64,000 nucleotides of DNA from an uncultured Spartobacteria bacterium (GTDB lineage: Bacteria; Verrucomicrobiota; Verrucomicrobiia; Chthoniobacterales; UBA6821), in NCBI GenBank assembly GCA_903847935.1, contig CAINEX010000133.1:8-64007 (forward strand), written 5' to 3'. The notes beneath the pieces were generated by a model, which was given only the letters and a program-made list of their open reading frames with translations, was not told where the DNA came from and did not search any database. Below, in pieces: positions 9,155 through 18,171 of this stretch; the first letter of the stretch is position 1, and each line of letters opens with the position of its first letter. Position numbers and translations under genes: made by a program.

Positions 9155-10039
9155 TCAGGAAGCGGGGTTTGGAGCCGCAAGTCTGGTCAACGCCTCACGG
9201 TACTTTTCGGCTGTCTTGGTGACAATCTCGTCGGGAAGCTGAGGTGCCGGAGGTTGCTTGTCCCATCCGCAGTTCTCAAGCCAGTCACGGACAAACTGCT
9301 TGTCGAAGCTCGGCGGGCTACCTCCCGGGCTGTATTGATCGGCCGGCCAGAAGCGGGAGGAATCCGGGGTCATGCATTCGTCGATCAGGATGATCTCGCC
9401 GTCATGGATCCCGAATTCGAATTTGGTATCCGCAATGATGATGCCGCGTGAGGCTGCGTATGCCCGTCCGTGACGGTAGAGGTCGAGGCTCATCTGCTTC
9501 ACGCGCTGAGCCACCTCATCGCCAAGGAGTGCTCGACACTGGGCCCAGGTGATCGGTTCGTCGTGCCCCTCTTCCGCCTTGGTGCTGGGGGTGAAGAGAT
9601 CCTCGGGGAGTCGGTCAGACTGCCGGAGTCCCGCCGGGACGGGGTAACCTCCCACGGTGCCGCTTTCCTGATATTCCTTCCAACCCGACCCCGCGATATA
9701 TCCACGCACGACGCACTCCACGGGGAGTGGGACCGCCTTTTTCGTGATCATCGAGCGCCCACTTAGCATCTCTGAGAATGGCTTCAGTTCGGCTGGAAAA
9801 GAGGCCGCTTCGGTCTCGATCATGTGATTGGGAACGAAGTCGAGCCTGTTAAACCAGAAAGAGGAGAGTCTGTTGAGCACCTCCCCCTTGCCCGGGATCG
9901 CGTTCGGCAGGATGCAATCGAACGCGGAGATCCGATCGGTGGCGACCAGCAGGAGGTTTTCACCAAGGTCGAAGACCTCGCGGACTTTTCCGCTACGAAG
10001 TTTTTTGATACTGGGAAGATCGAGAGTCAGAAGTTCCAT
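9155..10039 (-). CDS. purC: Phosphoribosylaminoimidazole-succinocarboxamide (SAICAR) synthase
   Basis: The track ORF is 9155-10138; the start is probably the Met at 10039 (MELLTLDLPSIKKLRSGKVREVFDLGENLLLVATDRISAFD). This is the long-form PurC, with IIIADTKFEFG and DSSRFWP motifs. Confidence 0.9.
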   Translation of the reverse strand: MELLTLDLPSIKKLRSGKVREVFDLGENLLLVATDRISAFDCILPNAIPGKGEVLNRLSSFWFNRLDFVPNHMIETEAASFPAELKPFSEMLSGRSMITKKAVPLPVECVVRGYIAGSGWKEYQESGTVGGYPVPAGLRQSDRLPEDLFTPSTKAEEGHDEPITWAQCRALLGDEVAQRVKQMSLDLYRHGRAYAASRGIIIADTKFEFGIHDGEIILIDECMTPDSSRFWPADQYSPGGSPPSFDKQFVRDWLENCGWDKQPPAPQLPDEIVTKTAEKYREALTRLAAPNPAS

Positions 10040-10222
10040 GGGGAAAAGGATGTATGATGGATTGTGAATGATAAAATGAAAAAAGGGGAGCGCGATGGGA
10101 TCGGGTTCAAAAGGGTGAAAAAAGTTGAAGGGTTCCAATGGTTGGAGAACTTCTCGCGTTGGCAGTGATACCCCTTCCAGCTCTTCCAGCGGTTTTAACG
10201 TTACAATATTTTAACTCTCCCA

Positions 10223-10594
10223 TCACTCGCTGACCCTCCCCCTGCCACGTTTCACTTCGGCTCGGTGACGTTTTCCCTCCACCATTTTTCTTTTTTCTGA
10301 GGGGGAGCGTTTTGCATTGCGGCGCCGTGCTTTGGCGGCCTCCGCCCGTGCCTGAAGACGGCGGGCTTCCCTCCGTTCCTTGATTTTATCACCGAGTCGC
10401 TCTCTGGCGATGCGGCGGTTCATGCTCTGGCTCCGGGAATCCGAGACGGTCACCGAGATTCCTGTCGGAAGGTGGGTGAGGGTGACGGCCGTGGAGACCT
10501 TGTTCACATGTTGGCCTCCGGGACCCGCCGACCGGGCAAAGCTCTCGCTGAGTTCCTCTTCTGGAAGAGAGGCGGAAGGTTGATTCTTTTGCAC
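10223..10594 (-). CDS. arfB: Alternative ribosome-rescue factor ArfB (GGQ peptidyl-tRNA hydrolase)
   Basis: 123 aa. It has the GGQ motif in [16 protein letters not shown] followed by a long Arg/Lys-rich C-terminal tail, which is the ArfB/YaeJ layout. Confidence 0.8.
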   Translation of the reverse strand: MQKNQPSASLPEEELSESFARSAGPGGQHVNKVSTAVTLTHLPTGISVTVSDSRSQSMNRRIARERLGDKIKERREARRLQARAEAAKARRRNAKRSPSEKRKMVEGKRHRAEVKRGRGRVSE

Positions 10595-10626
10595 GGCGCG
10601 GTATTCTGAAAGCTAGATTTTTCCCC

Positions 10627-11568
10627 ATGACCTACCAATACAAAACACTCCCTTCATCCGTCGGCCCGCTCGATCAACTCGAGGATTCCGCGAGTGGCGT
10701 CAGGATCACGGTTAATCGCATCGGAGCGGAAGTGATCAGCCTTGCCCTCAGGGATAATGCGGGCGAGTGGCACGGATTCTTATGGCGAGATGGTCATGTG
10801 GAGGCACCCGCTGAGGGATGGGGAAACCACGCCACCGTGATGGGTTTTTACACGCACCGGCTCTGGGAGCAGAAATCAGTCTATGACGGCCATCCCATGG
10901 ATGGTGGAGCGACACCCCACGGATTCCTCCGGCATCATTCTTTCGCCGATCCGGTCGTGGACATGGCTTCGGGATCCATGACCTACCGGCTTGAGCCTGA
11001 TCAGATCCCCGCCGGGAGCTATCCTTACAAGGTTGCCACGGCCATCACCTACACACTGGTTGGCGGTGCGCTGCGGATGACCTTCTGCTTTGAGAACAAG
11101 GAGATCCACCCCGTGGCGTTAAGCTTCGGATGGCATCCCGGATTTGCTGTGGGATCCGTCGAGAGTGTATGTCTCCTCCTGCCCGCAGGAACCTATCGTC
11201 AGCAGATCGCCGATAATAACTTCCTCACCGGTGGAGTTGATGAGCTTGTTTTTGCAGGTGGTGAAATGCCTTATCCGAAAAAGACATTGGTCGATTCCTA
11301 CCTGATCGATCTTTCCGGTGTTCAGGACAAGCGGTTTACTCTCGTGGACAGCACGATCGGACACCGCATCGAGTGTGATTACTCGGAAGCCCCCTTCATG
11401 ACGATCTGGAGCAACGGCGATCCCTTCCTGTGCGTGGAACCCTGCTGGGGGCTTCCCGACAGCAATCCCCCGGCACCCTTCGAGAAGAAGAAAGGGATCC
11501 AGTGGATCGCAGCGGGTGAAACGATGAGCGCCTCCGCAAGCGTGAAGCCCTCCTTACTGAAATCCTGA
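10627..11568 (+). CDS. Aldose 1-epimerase (galactose mutarotase-like) family protein
   Basis: 313 aa. SFGWHPGF and FLCVEPCWG resemble the GxHPYF and lcvEPw motifs of the mutarotase-like fold. No signal peptide. The assignment is by motif memory only. Confidence 0.55.
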   Translation: MTYQYKTLPSSVGPLDQLEDSASGVRITVNRIGAEVISLALRDNAGEWHGFLWRDGHVEAPAEGWGNHATVMGFYTHRLWEQKSVYDGHPMDGGATPHGFLRHHSFADPVVDMASGSMTYRLEPDQIPAGSYPYKVATAITYTLVGGALRMTFCFENKEIHPVALSFGWHPGFAVGSVESVCLLLPAGTYRQQIADNNFLTGGVDELVFAGGEMPYPKKTLVDSYLIDLSGVQDKRFTLVDSTIGHRIECDYSEAPFMTIWSNGDPFLCVEPCWGLPDSNPPAPFEKKKGIQWIAAGETMSASASVKPSLLKS

Positions 11569-11606
11569 TCTCCGTCAGAAAGCGCCATCTCCCTCCTTTA
11601 CACCTC

Positions 11607-13037
11607 TTGAAAACGCAGAGAGACCTCACTCCCCAGCAGAAGCAGACCTGGCTCAAGGCTGTCAGTGCCATGGAGATGAAAAATCCCGGCTACACGATCC
11701 AGCTCTGCCAAGGCTTGCTCAAGACGCTCCCGGAGTTCCTTGATGCCAGGAAACTCGCCCGTCGTGCGGCAGTCGAGAAATCAAAGGCCGCCAAAAAAGG
11801 ATTCTTTTCGGCATTCGGAGGCGGTCCTTCGATTGCCCTCATGAAGGCTTCAGGTCTGCTCAAGAAACGGGAGGATCATCCCCAACTCCTGATCCTCCTA
11901 GAGGAGATACTGGCTGAAGAGCCCTACAACGAAAAAGCCAACCTCATTCTGCACGAGGCGGCCTTGAAGTGGGATCCCCCGATGAAGGAGTTGGCAATGT
12001 TTGCCCTTGAGACCCTGATCGAGGGGAACCCCAAGGACATTGAGCAACTTCACCGCACGGCCGCTTATTGCATGGAGAAGGATGAGAGCGGGAGCCCCCG
12101 TGATCCCTCGCGCGCGGTGGAACTCTTCAACAAGATTCTGGAAATCAATCCCAACGACCTTGCCGCCATCAAGGGGGGGAAGGACTCATCAGCTTCCCAG
12201 TCCGTCAAGAAGGGTGGCTGGGAGGTTGCTGACAGCTACCGTGACTTGATCCGTGACAAGGATGAGGCCATCTCGCTCGAGCAGCAGGGTCGCGTGGTCA
12301 AAAGCGGCGAAGTCATCGACAGCCAGATCGCCGATCTCTCCGCACAGGTTCAGGCCGAACCCCATAGCATCGATAAGTCACGCAGGATCGCCGAACTCTA
12401 CGAGAAGAAGGAGGATCTGGAGAACGCCCTCGAGTGGTATCGCTACACCCTTGGACTTTCCGGGGGTGCCGATCCCACCATTAGCCGCAAGATCAGCGAC
12501 CTGCAGTTGCGACAGATCGATGCCGCCGCGAAGGCCCGCGAGGAGTACCTTGCCGCCGTTCCCGATGATCCCGAGGCTCCCCGCTACCGCGCCGAACTTG
12601 AGGAGTTGAGGAAGCAACGGGCTGACTTCACCCTTGAAGAGGCCCGGGGCCGTGTGGAGCGTAACCCGACCGACCTCTTGGCTCACTTCGATCTCGGTGT
12701 CACGCTGATGGAATCTGGGAAGTATCAGGAGGCTATCGGCCACTTTCAGCGGGCACGCTCGAATCCCAGCGTCCGACTCAAGGCAATGAGTCAGCTTGGT
12801 CAATGCTACGTGGCCCGAGGCATGAACGACCTCGCTGCCAAGACCCTCTCCGATGCCGCCCAGGAACTCACCGGGATGGATGCTGTCAAGAAGGACCTCC
12901 TCTACAACCTCGGCCTTGTGTACGAGAAGATGGGTCAGACTGCCCAATCCATCGAATGCCTCAAGCAGATCTACGAGGTTGATTATGCGTACAGGGATGT
13001 AGCGACTAAGGTCGAATCCTCTTACGGGAATAGTTGA
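11607..13037 (+). CDS. TPR-repeat protein
   Basis: 476 aa with a TTG start per the track. It is helical, with recognisable TPR units (e.g. HFDLGVTLMESGKYQEAIGHFQRA, LYNLGLVYEKMGQTAQSIECLKQIYEVD). Confidence 0.7.
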   Translation: MKTQRDLTPQQKQTWLKAVSAMEMKNPGYTIQLCQGLLKTLPEFLDARKLARRAAVEKSKAAKKGFFSAFGGGPSIALMKASGLLKKREDHPQLLILLEEILAEEPYNEKANLILHEAALKWDPPMKELAMFALETLIEGNPKDIEQLHRTAAYCMEKDESGSPRDPSRAVELFNKILEINPNDLAAIKGGKDSSASQSVKKGGWEVADSYRDLIRDKDEAISLEQQGRVVKSGEVIDSQIADLSAQVQAEPHSIDKSRRIAELYEKKEDLENALEWYRYTLGLSGGADPTISRKISDLQLRQIDAAAKAREEYLAAVPDDPEAPRYRAELEELRKQRADFTLEEARGRVERNPTDLLAHFDLGVTLMESGKYQEAIGHFQRARSNPSVRLKAMSQLGQCYVARGMNDLAAKTLSDAAQELTGMDAVKKDLLYNLGLVYEKMGQTAQSIECLKQIYEVDYAYRDVATKVESSYGNS

Positions 13038-13136
13038 GGCTTGGGATTTCCGCGCCCCGCGGCGTTCTGCTGCGCTCGCAGTATAAGATATACAGCTTCG
13101 CTTGCAGTCCTTGCGGTGCATCGAATCTTCCAAGCC
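13038..13136. repeat. REP/MITE-like palindromic intergenic element, copy B (99 bp)
   Basis: It begins 1 nt after the TPR gene stop. Termini are GGCTTGGGA...TTCCAAGCC, with the same cores as copy A (GCGCTCGCAGTA, ACAGCTTCGCT). Its central hairpin is GCAGTATA-aga-TATACAGC. Confidence 0.7.
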
Positions 13137-13317
13137 TTGGGCTCGGGAGGGGGCATCGGTTTTTTGAGCCTTATATTCTGAGACGATTTTAGAGTCGGCG
13201 ATAGTTCACAAAAACAACTCCACATGGTGTTGCTTAAAAAACGATCGTTTTTGCTACAGAGGAAAAAGGCGACAACCTAATGGTGTTCGCTCCAGTGATT
13301 GGTTAGGCTGCATCTTA

Positions 13318-13734
13318 TTAATAAAAATAGAGCAACTTCTGAAAATAGGCACAATCCGGCTTTAATAGGTCAGGTAACCAACCGTTCCAGTATGCCTCAG
13401 TGCTCTTTGATGGATTATAGATCATCGAAATATAAGAATCCTTTCCATCAAGCTCGATTCTGCTCTTGGTTTTCGGATAATGAATCTCCCACGAGCCGTA
13501 AGCATTTTCATAGTAAGTTGAAGTCCAAAAATTCTTGTACCCCTTTGTAACATGAAAAGCTGCTTCTGCAGGATTTGTTCCAAAAGTCAGTTCCATTTGA
13601 AACGAATCGCGGAGAACTTCTGAAATAGCTGTCTCGAAACCTTTACGCGCAATCGAATTATGCGTATCTCGAATGGCTTCAATATCATAGACACCGGGTG
13701 AAACTTCATTGATAGAGTAAGTCCAGCGATTCAT
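13318..13734 (-). CDS. Hypothetical protein, 138 aa, no recognisable family (low-GC orphan)
   Basis: It is the only long ORF in an AT-rich stretch and has coding-like composition (W/Y/N/K-rich, no low-complexity runs). No signal peptide or TM is apparent. I recognise no motif. Confidence 0.55.
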   Translation of the reverse strand: MNRWTYSINEVSPGVYDIEAIRDTHNSIARKGFETAISEVLRDSFQMELTFGTNPAEAAFHVTKGYKNFWTSTYYENAYGSWEIHYPKTKSRIELDGKDSYISMIYNPSKSTEAYWNGWLPDLLKPDCAYFQKLLYFY

Positions 13735-14253
13735 ATGTAGAAGGCTAACAGCTAATAGGCTGCAAATAAGCCGTGATTTTCTTTGTGGTTAAGAGAAGCA
13801 CTCTGGAAAAGGCTGCATTGGACTTGGAGATCTTCATCACCTTTCAAGCAGCTACGGACATGGTGGAAGTCTGAAGGGGCATATTATCTTCTTCCCTTAC
13901 CTCTCCCACCACCCAAAGGCAAACCAAGAAGGATTCGCAAGGGTTCAGAAAGATCCTGTTTTGCCCAAATCCAGAGGCTGGATACTTGCCAAAACTTGAC
14001 AATAGAATTCGGATTTCCTCTCTGTAACGCCTATTTTTGGCATATTTTGGAGATCCAACTACCGATACGCAAACGCCTTTATAAGAGTTGTTTAAGTGTG
14101 TTTTCGATGATTCCGACTGTGGGTTAGAAAATCCCTGCGTCCCTGCGCCTCTGCGGGGTCTCCTTCATCCCTGTGATTGTTCTGAGCTGAATCAATCTGC
14201 CATTCCGCCAAATCTGTCTTGCATTGACCTTGATTCCTTCCGCCGAAGCGGAC

Positions 14254-15318
14254 ATGGATTGTCCCATGCCAAGCCGCATCGCAAAGGGGATTTCATCAGC
14301 ACGTGTCGTCTCTAAGAGAGGGGGTTCCGGGTCCCACAAGGAGAAGGGCCGCTCGGCCCGTCTTCCCCTCTACCGGATCATGCAGATCCACCAGTTGCTC
14401 CAGCATGAAGAGTATCCCAACTGTCAGGCTCTCTCCCGTGATTTTGAGGTTTCTTACAAGACCGTCCAGCGCGACATCGACTTCATGCGCGATCAGTTGA
14501 GGCTTCCGATCGACTACGACACGGTTAGGCACGGCTTCCGTTATACCCGCGAAGTGAAGAATCTCCCCTCGCTCTCGTTGCAGGAGGGGGAGGTGGTCGC
14601 CCTCCTCGTGGCCCAGAAAGCCGCGGAACAGTACAGAGGAACCCCGTTTGAGAAGTCCTTGAAGACGGCCTTCACCAAGTTGGTCGAGGGGCTTCCCTCC
14701 CGATCCGAGATTTCACTGCAGGATTTAAGCCAGGCACTCTCCTTTCGCCCTTCGGGACCGCCCGCAGATGACCTTCACTCCTTCCAGACGCTGAGTACTG
14801 CCCTGCTTGCCTCCCAGGAGGTTGCCTTTCTCTACCGGAAGCCGGGAGATGGCTTGAAGAATGAACGACGCATCCAACCTTACCATCTCGGTTGTATCGC
14901 CGGTCAATGGTACCTGATTGGTCTCGATCTGGCCCGCAAGGCGGTGCGAACCTTTGCCCTTGCCCGCATCTCCAAGCCAAAGAACCTGAACCGGCGCTTT
15001 GTCAGGCCGAAGGACTTCTCACTCGATGCACTTCTTGGGGAGAGCTTCTCGGTCTTCGAGTCCAAGCGTGCCCAGAAGGTGAGGATCCTGCTTGATCCGA
15101 TTGCAACGGCGTTGGCTTCCGAGCGTCGGTGGCATCCCTCCCAGAGGATATCGCTTCGCAAAGATGGATCAGGCGAACTATCACTCACCGTGGGCCTTGC
15201 GCCCGATCTGGAGTCGTGGATCCTGGCCTGGGGTCCTCGTGCCGAAGTGATCGCTCCAGCCGCCTTGCGAAGAAGCATCGGAGCCGCCCTCAAGAAAGCG
15301 GCACTACGCTATCGCTAA
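14254..15318 (+). CDS. wHTH-WYL-WCX transcriptional regulator (BrxR/CapW/PafBC-like architecture)
   Basis: The track ORF is 14224-15318 (TTG); the first ATG is at 14254. The N-terminal HTH is LYRIMQIHQLLQHEEYPNCQALSRDFEVSYKTVQRDIDFMRDQL. The WYL domain has RIQPYHLGCIAGQWYLIGLDLARKAVRTFALARI. The C-terminal extension ends WILAWGPRAEVIAPAALR. Confidence 0.8.
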   Translation: MDCPMPSRIAKGISSARVVSKRGGSGSHKEKGRSARLPLYRIMQIHQLLQHEEYPNCQALSRDFEVSYKTVQRDIDFMRDQLRLPIDYDTVRHGFRYTREVKNLPSLSLQEGEVVALLVAQKAAEQYRGTPFEKSLKTAFTKLVEGLPSRSEISLQDLSQALSFRPSGPPADDLHSFQTLSTALLASQEVAFLYRKPGDGLKNERRIQPYHLGCIAGQWYLIGLDLARKAVRTFALARISKPKNLNRRFVRPKDFSLDALLGESFSVFESKRAQKVRILLDPIATALASERRWHPSQRISLRKDGSGELSLTVGLAPDLESWILAWGPRAEVIAPAALRRSIGAALKKAALRYR

Positions 15319-15396
15319 GCGGTGATCTCCTTTGGGCTGCGGCTCTGCGCGATCCCTTTTTTTGGGTCCTGCTTTCCCTGAGTGTCTGATTAAAAA

Positions 15397-18108
15397 TCAG
15401 ATCTTCCCAGCAGCAATGATCTCTTTGGCCTTGGCCAAGGAGGCAGCTAGTCCGGAGGCATCGCGGCCACCACCTCGAGCACTATCAGGCTTGCCGCCCC
15501 CCTTGCCCCCAACCAGAGGAGCCACTGCGGAGATCAGCTTACCGGCCGGAAGGCTGCCTTGATGAGCTTTGCCCACAACGGCGACCAATGAGACGGCTCC
15601 ATCGGCGACTCCCGCAAGGAAGACAATGCCGTCAAAGTAACCCTTCAGGGCATCGGCCGCCGCCTGGAGGGCATTCCCATCGGCACCCGGAATCTCCTCG
15701 ACGATGGAAGGAATCGTTCCCGAGGTTGCCTTGGTCAGGAGCGCCTTCGCAAGGGAGGCAGCCTCGCGCTGGCGGAAGGCTTCCAGCTCCTTTTCCAGTT
15801 CCTTCTGACGAGCCAATGTGACCTCAAGCTTCTTCTCCACCTCGGCCAAGGGGGAGCCGAGACGCGTGGCGACTCCCTGCAAACGTTCGGAATCGCTCCT
15901 TGAGGCGATCCGAGCTTCATGACCCGCAACAGCCTCGATCCTGCGGACTCCCGCGGCAACAGCCGCCTCACTGTTGATCCTGAAGAGTCCGATCTCCCCG
16001 GTTCCGCGGACGTGTGTTCCACCGCAGAGTTCCATCGAGTAGCCGTCGAGAGATCCCGGAGTCCCCCCGATCTGGACGACGCGAACGGTTTCACCATACT
16101 TGTCTCCGAAGAATTGCAGGATACCGGATCGACCTTTCACCTCGGCGTAAGGCATCTCCTGCCAGCTGACGGATCCGTTCTCGAGGATACGCTCGTTGAC
16201 GAGTTGTTCCACTTTGGAGATCTCTCCTGGCGTCATGGCCGAGCTTGAGAAGTCAAAGGTGAGCTTGTCCGGTCCGACAAAGGATCCCTTCTGGGAGACT
16301 CCATCTCCAAGCACTTCGCGAAGTGCCCAGTGAAGTAGGTGGGTGACCGTGTGGTGGCGCTGGATGGAGGCTCGACGGGGGGAATCAATGGAGAGGGTGA
16401 CTTTGGCTCCGGGCAGCGGGATCTCCTCACCCTCCGTCAGATCCAGAAAGTGGAGCCATGTCGGGCCGTTCTTCTGCGTGTCGGAGACACGCCAGAGTGA
16501 TCCACCCGCATCGAGTAATCCCGCATCGCCGACCTGCCCACCCATCTCCGCATAGCAGACGGAGCGGTCCAGGATGACCGCGGTTCGATCCTTGATACGG
16601 AGCACTTCGAGGACGATTGCCTCGGTCTCTGGGGAATCGAAGCCCGAGAAGGCCGTGGGAGTCGTGGTCTCAAGCGAGGAGAGGCTGATGATCTCCTTCT
16701 TCTGGGCGGCTCGGGCACGAGCACGCTGCTGCTGCATGAGTGTCTCGAAACCGGCGTGGTCCACGGAGAGGCCACGCTCACGGGCGAGGAGTTCGGTGAG
16801 ATCGAGCGGGAAGCCCTGCTCATCATAGAGTCGGAAGGCAACCTCACCGGAGATTTCCCTGCCCTTGATTGCCTCGGTCTCGAAGAGTGCCAGACCTTTG
16901 TCGAGGGTCTTGTGGAAGGCCTCTTCCTCGCGCTTCAGCGTCTCCGTGATGAAGGTCTCCCGGGTACGAACTTCGGGAAAGGCCTCGCCCATCACGGATG
17001 CCAGTACGGGGGTGAGTTTGTGGAGGAATGGCCCGGTGAATCCGAGAGTCCGTCCGTATCGCACGGCGCGCCGGAGGATCCTGCGAAGCACATAGTGTCG
17101 CTCGGCATTCCCGGGCTGGATGCCATCGGCAATTGCGAATCCCAACGTGCGCAGGTGATCCGCGATGACACGGAAGGCGATGTCATCCTTCTCCTGCTGG
17201 GTGACGGGAACCATCGCCCCGTCGCCCGAGGGTTGGGGAAGGGTTGATCCGTAAGTGCGGCCGCCAAGGGAGCCGATCGCGCCAAAGAGGGGACGGAAGA
17301 GATCGGTCTCATAGTTGGAGATCACGACATTGCTGAATTCCGTGAATCCCTTGGTGCACTGAATCACCGAACTGACCCGCTCAAAGCCCATCCCTGTGTC
17401 GACATGGCAGGCGGGGAGGGGGACGAAACTTCCGTCCGGATTGGCGTTGAACTGGATGAAAACGAGATTCCAGATTTCGATGCACTCGGCACTCCCCTTG
17501 TTCACAAGGGCCCCCTTGGTGTCTCCCGAGGGGGTCAGGTCAATGTGGAGTTCCGAGCAGGGGCCGCAGGGGCCGGTCTCACCCATCATCCAGAAATTGT
17601 CTTTACGGTTTCCGGGGACGACATGGATGGCGGGATCAAGGCCCTTGGAGCGGAAAAGATCCGACCAAAGCGCGTGGGATTCCTCATCGAAGGAGGCGGG
17701 ATCTCCCTCAGTCGGGCTGTAGACCGTTGCATAAAGCCTCTCGGCAGGAAACTTCCAGCGCTCCACCAGCAACTCCCAGGCCCAACTGATGGCCTCGCGC
17801 TTGAAGTAGTCACCGAAGGACCAGTTCCCCAGCATCTCGAAGAAGGTGTGATGGTAGGTGTCGAGGCCGACATCCTCCAGATCGTTATGCTTCCCCCCGG
17901 CACGGATGCACTTCTGGGTATCGGCGGCTCGAGCGGGAGAATAGGGAGAGGGAGTCGCGCCGAGGAAGATCGGCACGAACTGGTTCATCCCCGCGTTCGT
18001 GAAGAGCAGGTTCGGTGAGTCAGGCAGAAGGCTTGAGGAAGTCACTATCGTGTGCTCCTTGCTGCGGAAGAAATCGAGGAAGGACTTGCGGATCTCGGTG
18101 GAGGTCAT
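15397..18108 (-). CDS. alaS: Alanine--tRNA ligase
   Basis: 903 aa. The N-terminus MTSTEIRKSFLDFFRSKEHTIV...FTNAGMNQF is canonical AlaRS. The editing-domain motifs HTVTHLLHWAL and CGGTHV are present. Confidence 0.97.
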   Translation of the reverse strand: MTSTEIRKSFLDFFRSKEHTIVTSSSLLPDSPNLLFTNAGMNQFVPIFLGATPSPYSPARAADTQKCIRAGGKHNDLEDVGLDTYHHTFFEMLGNWSFGDYFKREAISWAWELLVERWKFPAERLYATVYSPTEGDPASFDEESHALWSDLFRSKGLDPAIHVVPGNRKDNFWMMGETGPCGPCSELHIDLTPSGDTKGALVNKGSAECIEIWNLVFIQFNANPDGSFVPLPACHVDTGMGFERVSSVIQCTKGFTEFSNVVISNYETDLFRPLFGAIGSLGGRTYGSTLPQPSGDGAMVPVTQQEKDDIAFRVIADHLRTLGFAIADGIQPGNAERHYVLRRILRRAVRYGRTLGFTGPFLHKLTPVLASVMGEAFPEVRTRETFITETLKREEEAFHKTLDKGLALFETEAIKGREISGEVAFRLYDEQGFPLDLTELLARERGLSVDHAGFETLMQQQRARARAAQKKEIISLSSLETTTPTAFSGFDSPETEAIVLEVLRIKDRTAVILDRSVCYAEMGGQVGDAGLLDAGGSLWRVSDTQKNGPTWLHFLDLTEGEEIPLPGAKVTLSIDSPRRASIQRHHTVTHLLHWALREVLGDGVSQKGSFVGPDKLTFDFSSSAMTPGEISKVEQLVNERILENGSVSWQEMPYAEVKGRSGILQFFGDKYGETVRVVQIGGTPGSLDGYSMELCGGTHVRGTGEIGLFRINSEAAVAAGVRRIEAVAGHEARIASRSDSERLQGVATRLGSPLAEVEKKLEVTLARQKELEKELEAFRQREAASLAKALLTKATSGTIPSIVEEIPGADGNALQAAADALKGYFDGIVFLAGVADGAVSLVAVVGKAHQGSLPAGKLISAVAPLVGGKGGGKPDSARGGGRDASGLAASLAKAKEIIAAGKI

Positions 18109-18171
18109 GGGGTGGAAAATTAGCGGTTAAAAGTGCCTTGTGTCGACAGTGGAGGGAGGGGGGATTCTCAG

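Noticed and set aside
12378-13133. 251-aa minus-strand ORF overlapping the TPR gene and REP-like copy B
   Set aside because: It is antisense to a well-formed TPR protein, runs through the non-coding repeat, and has no motif. Judged a frame artefact.
13783-14127. 114-aa TTG-initiated ORF in the spacer upstream of the WYL gene
   Set aside because: It is Trp/Arg/Pro/Leu-rich and non-protein-like (MWLREALWKRLHWTWRSSSPFKQLRTWW...), with no ATG and no motif. I treat the spacer as non-coding, though a small peptide or sRNA cannot be excluded. The minus strand has a 32-codon ATG ORF, MPKIGVTERKSEFYCQVLASIQPLDLGKTGSF, which I could not support.
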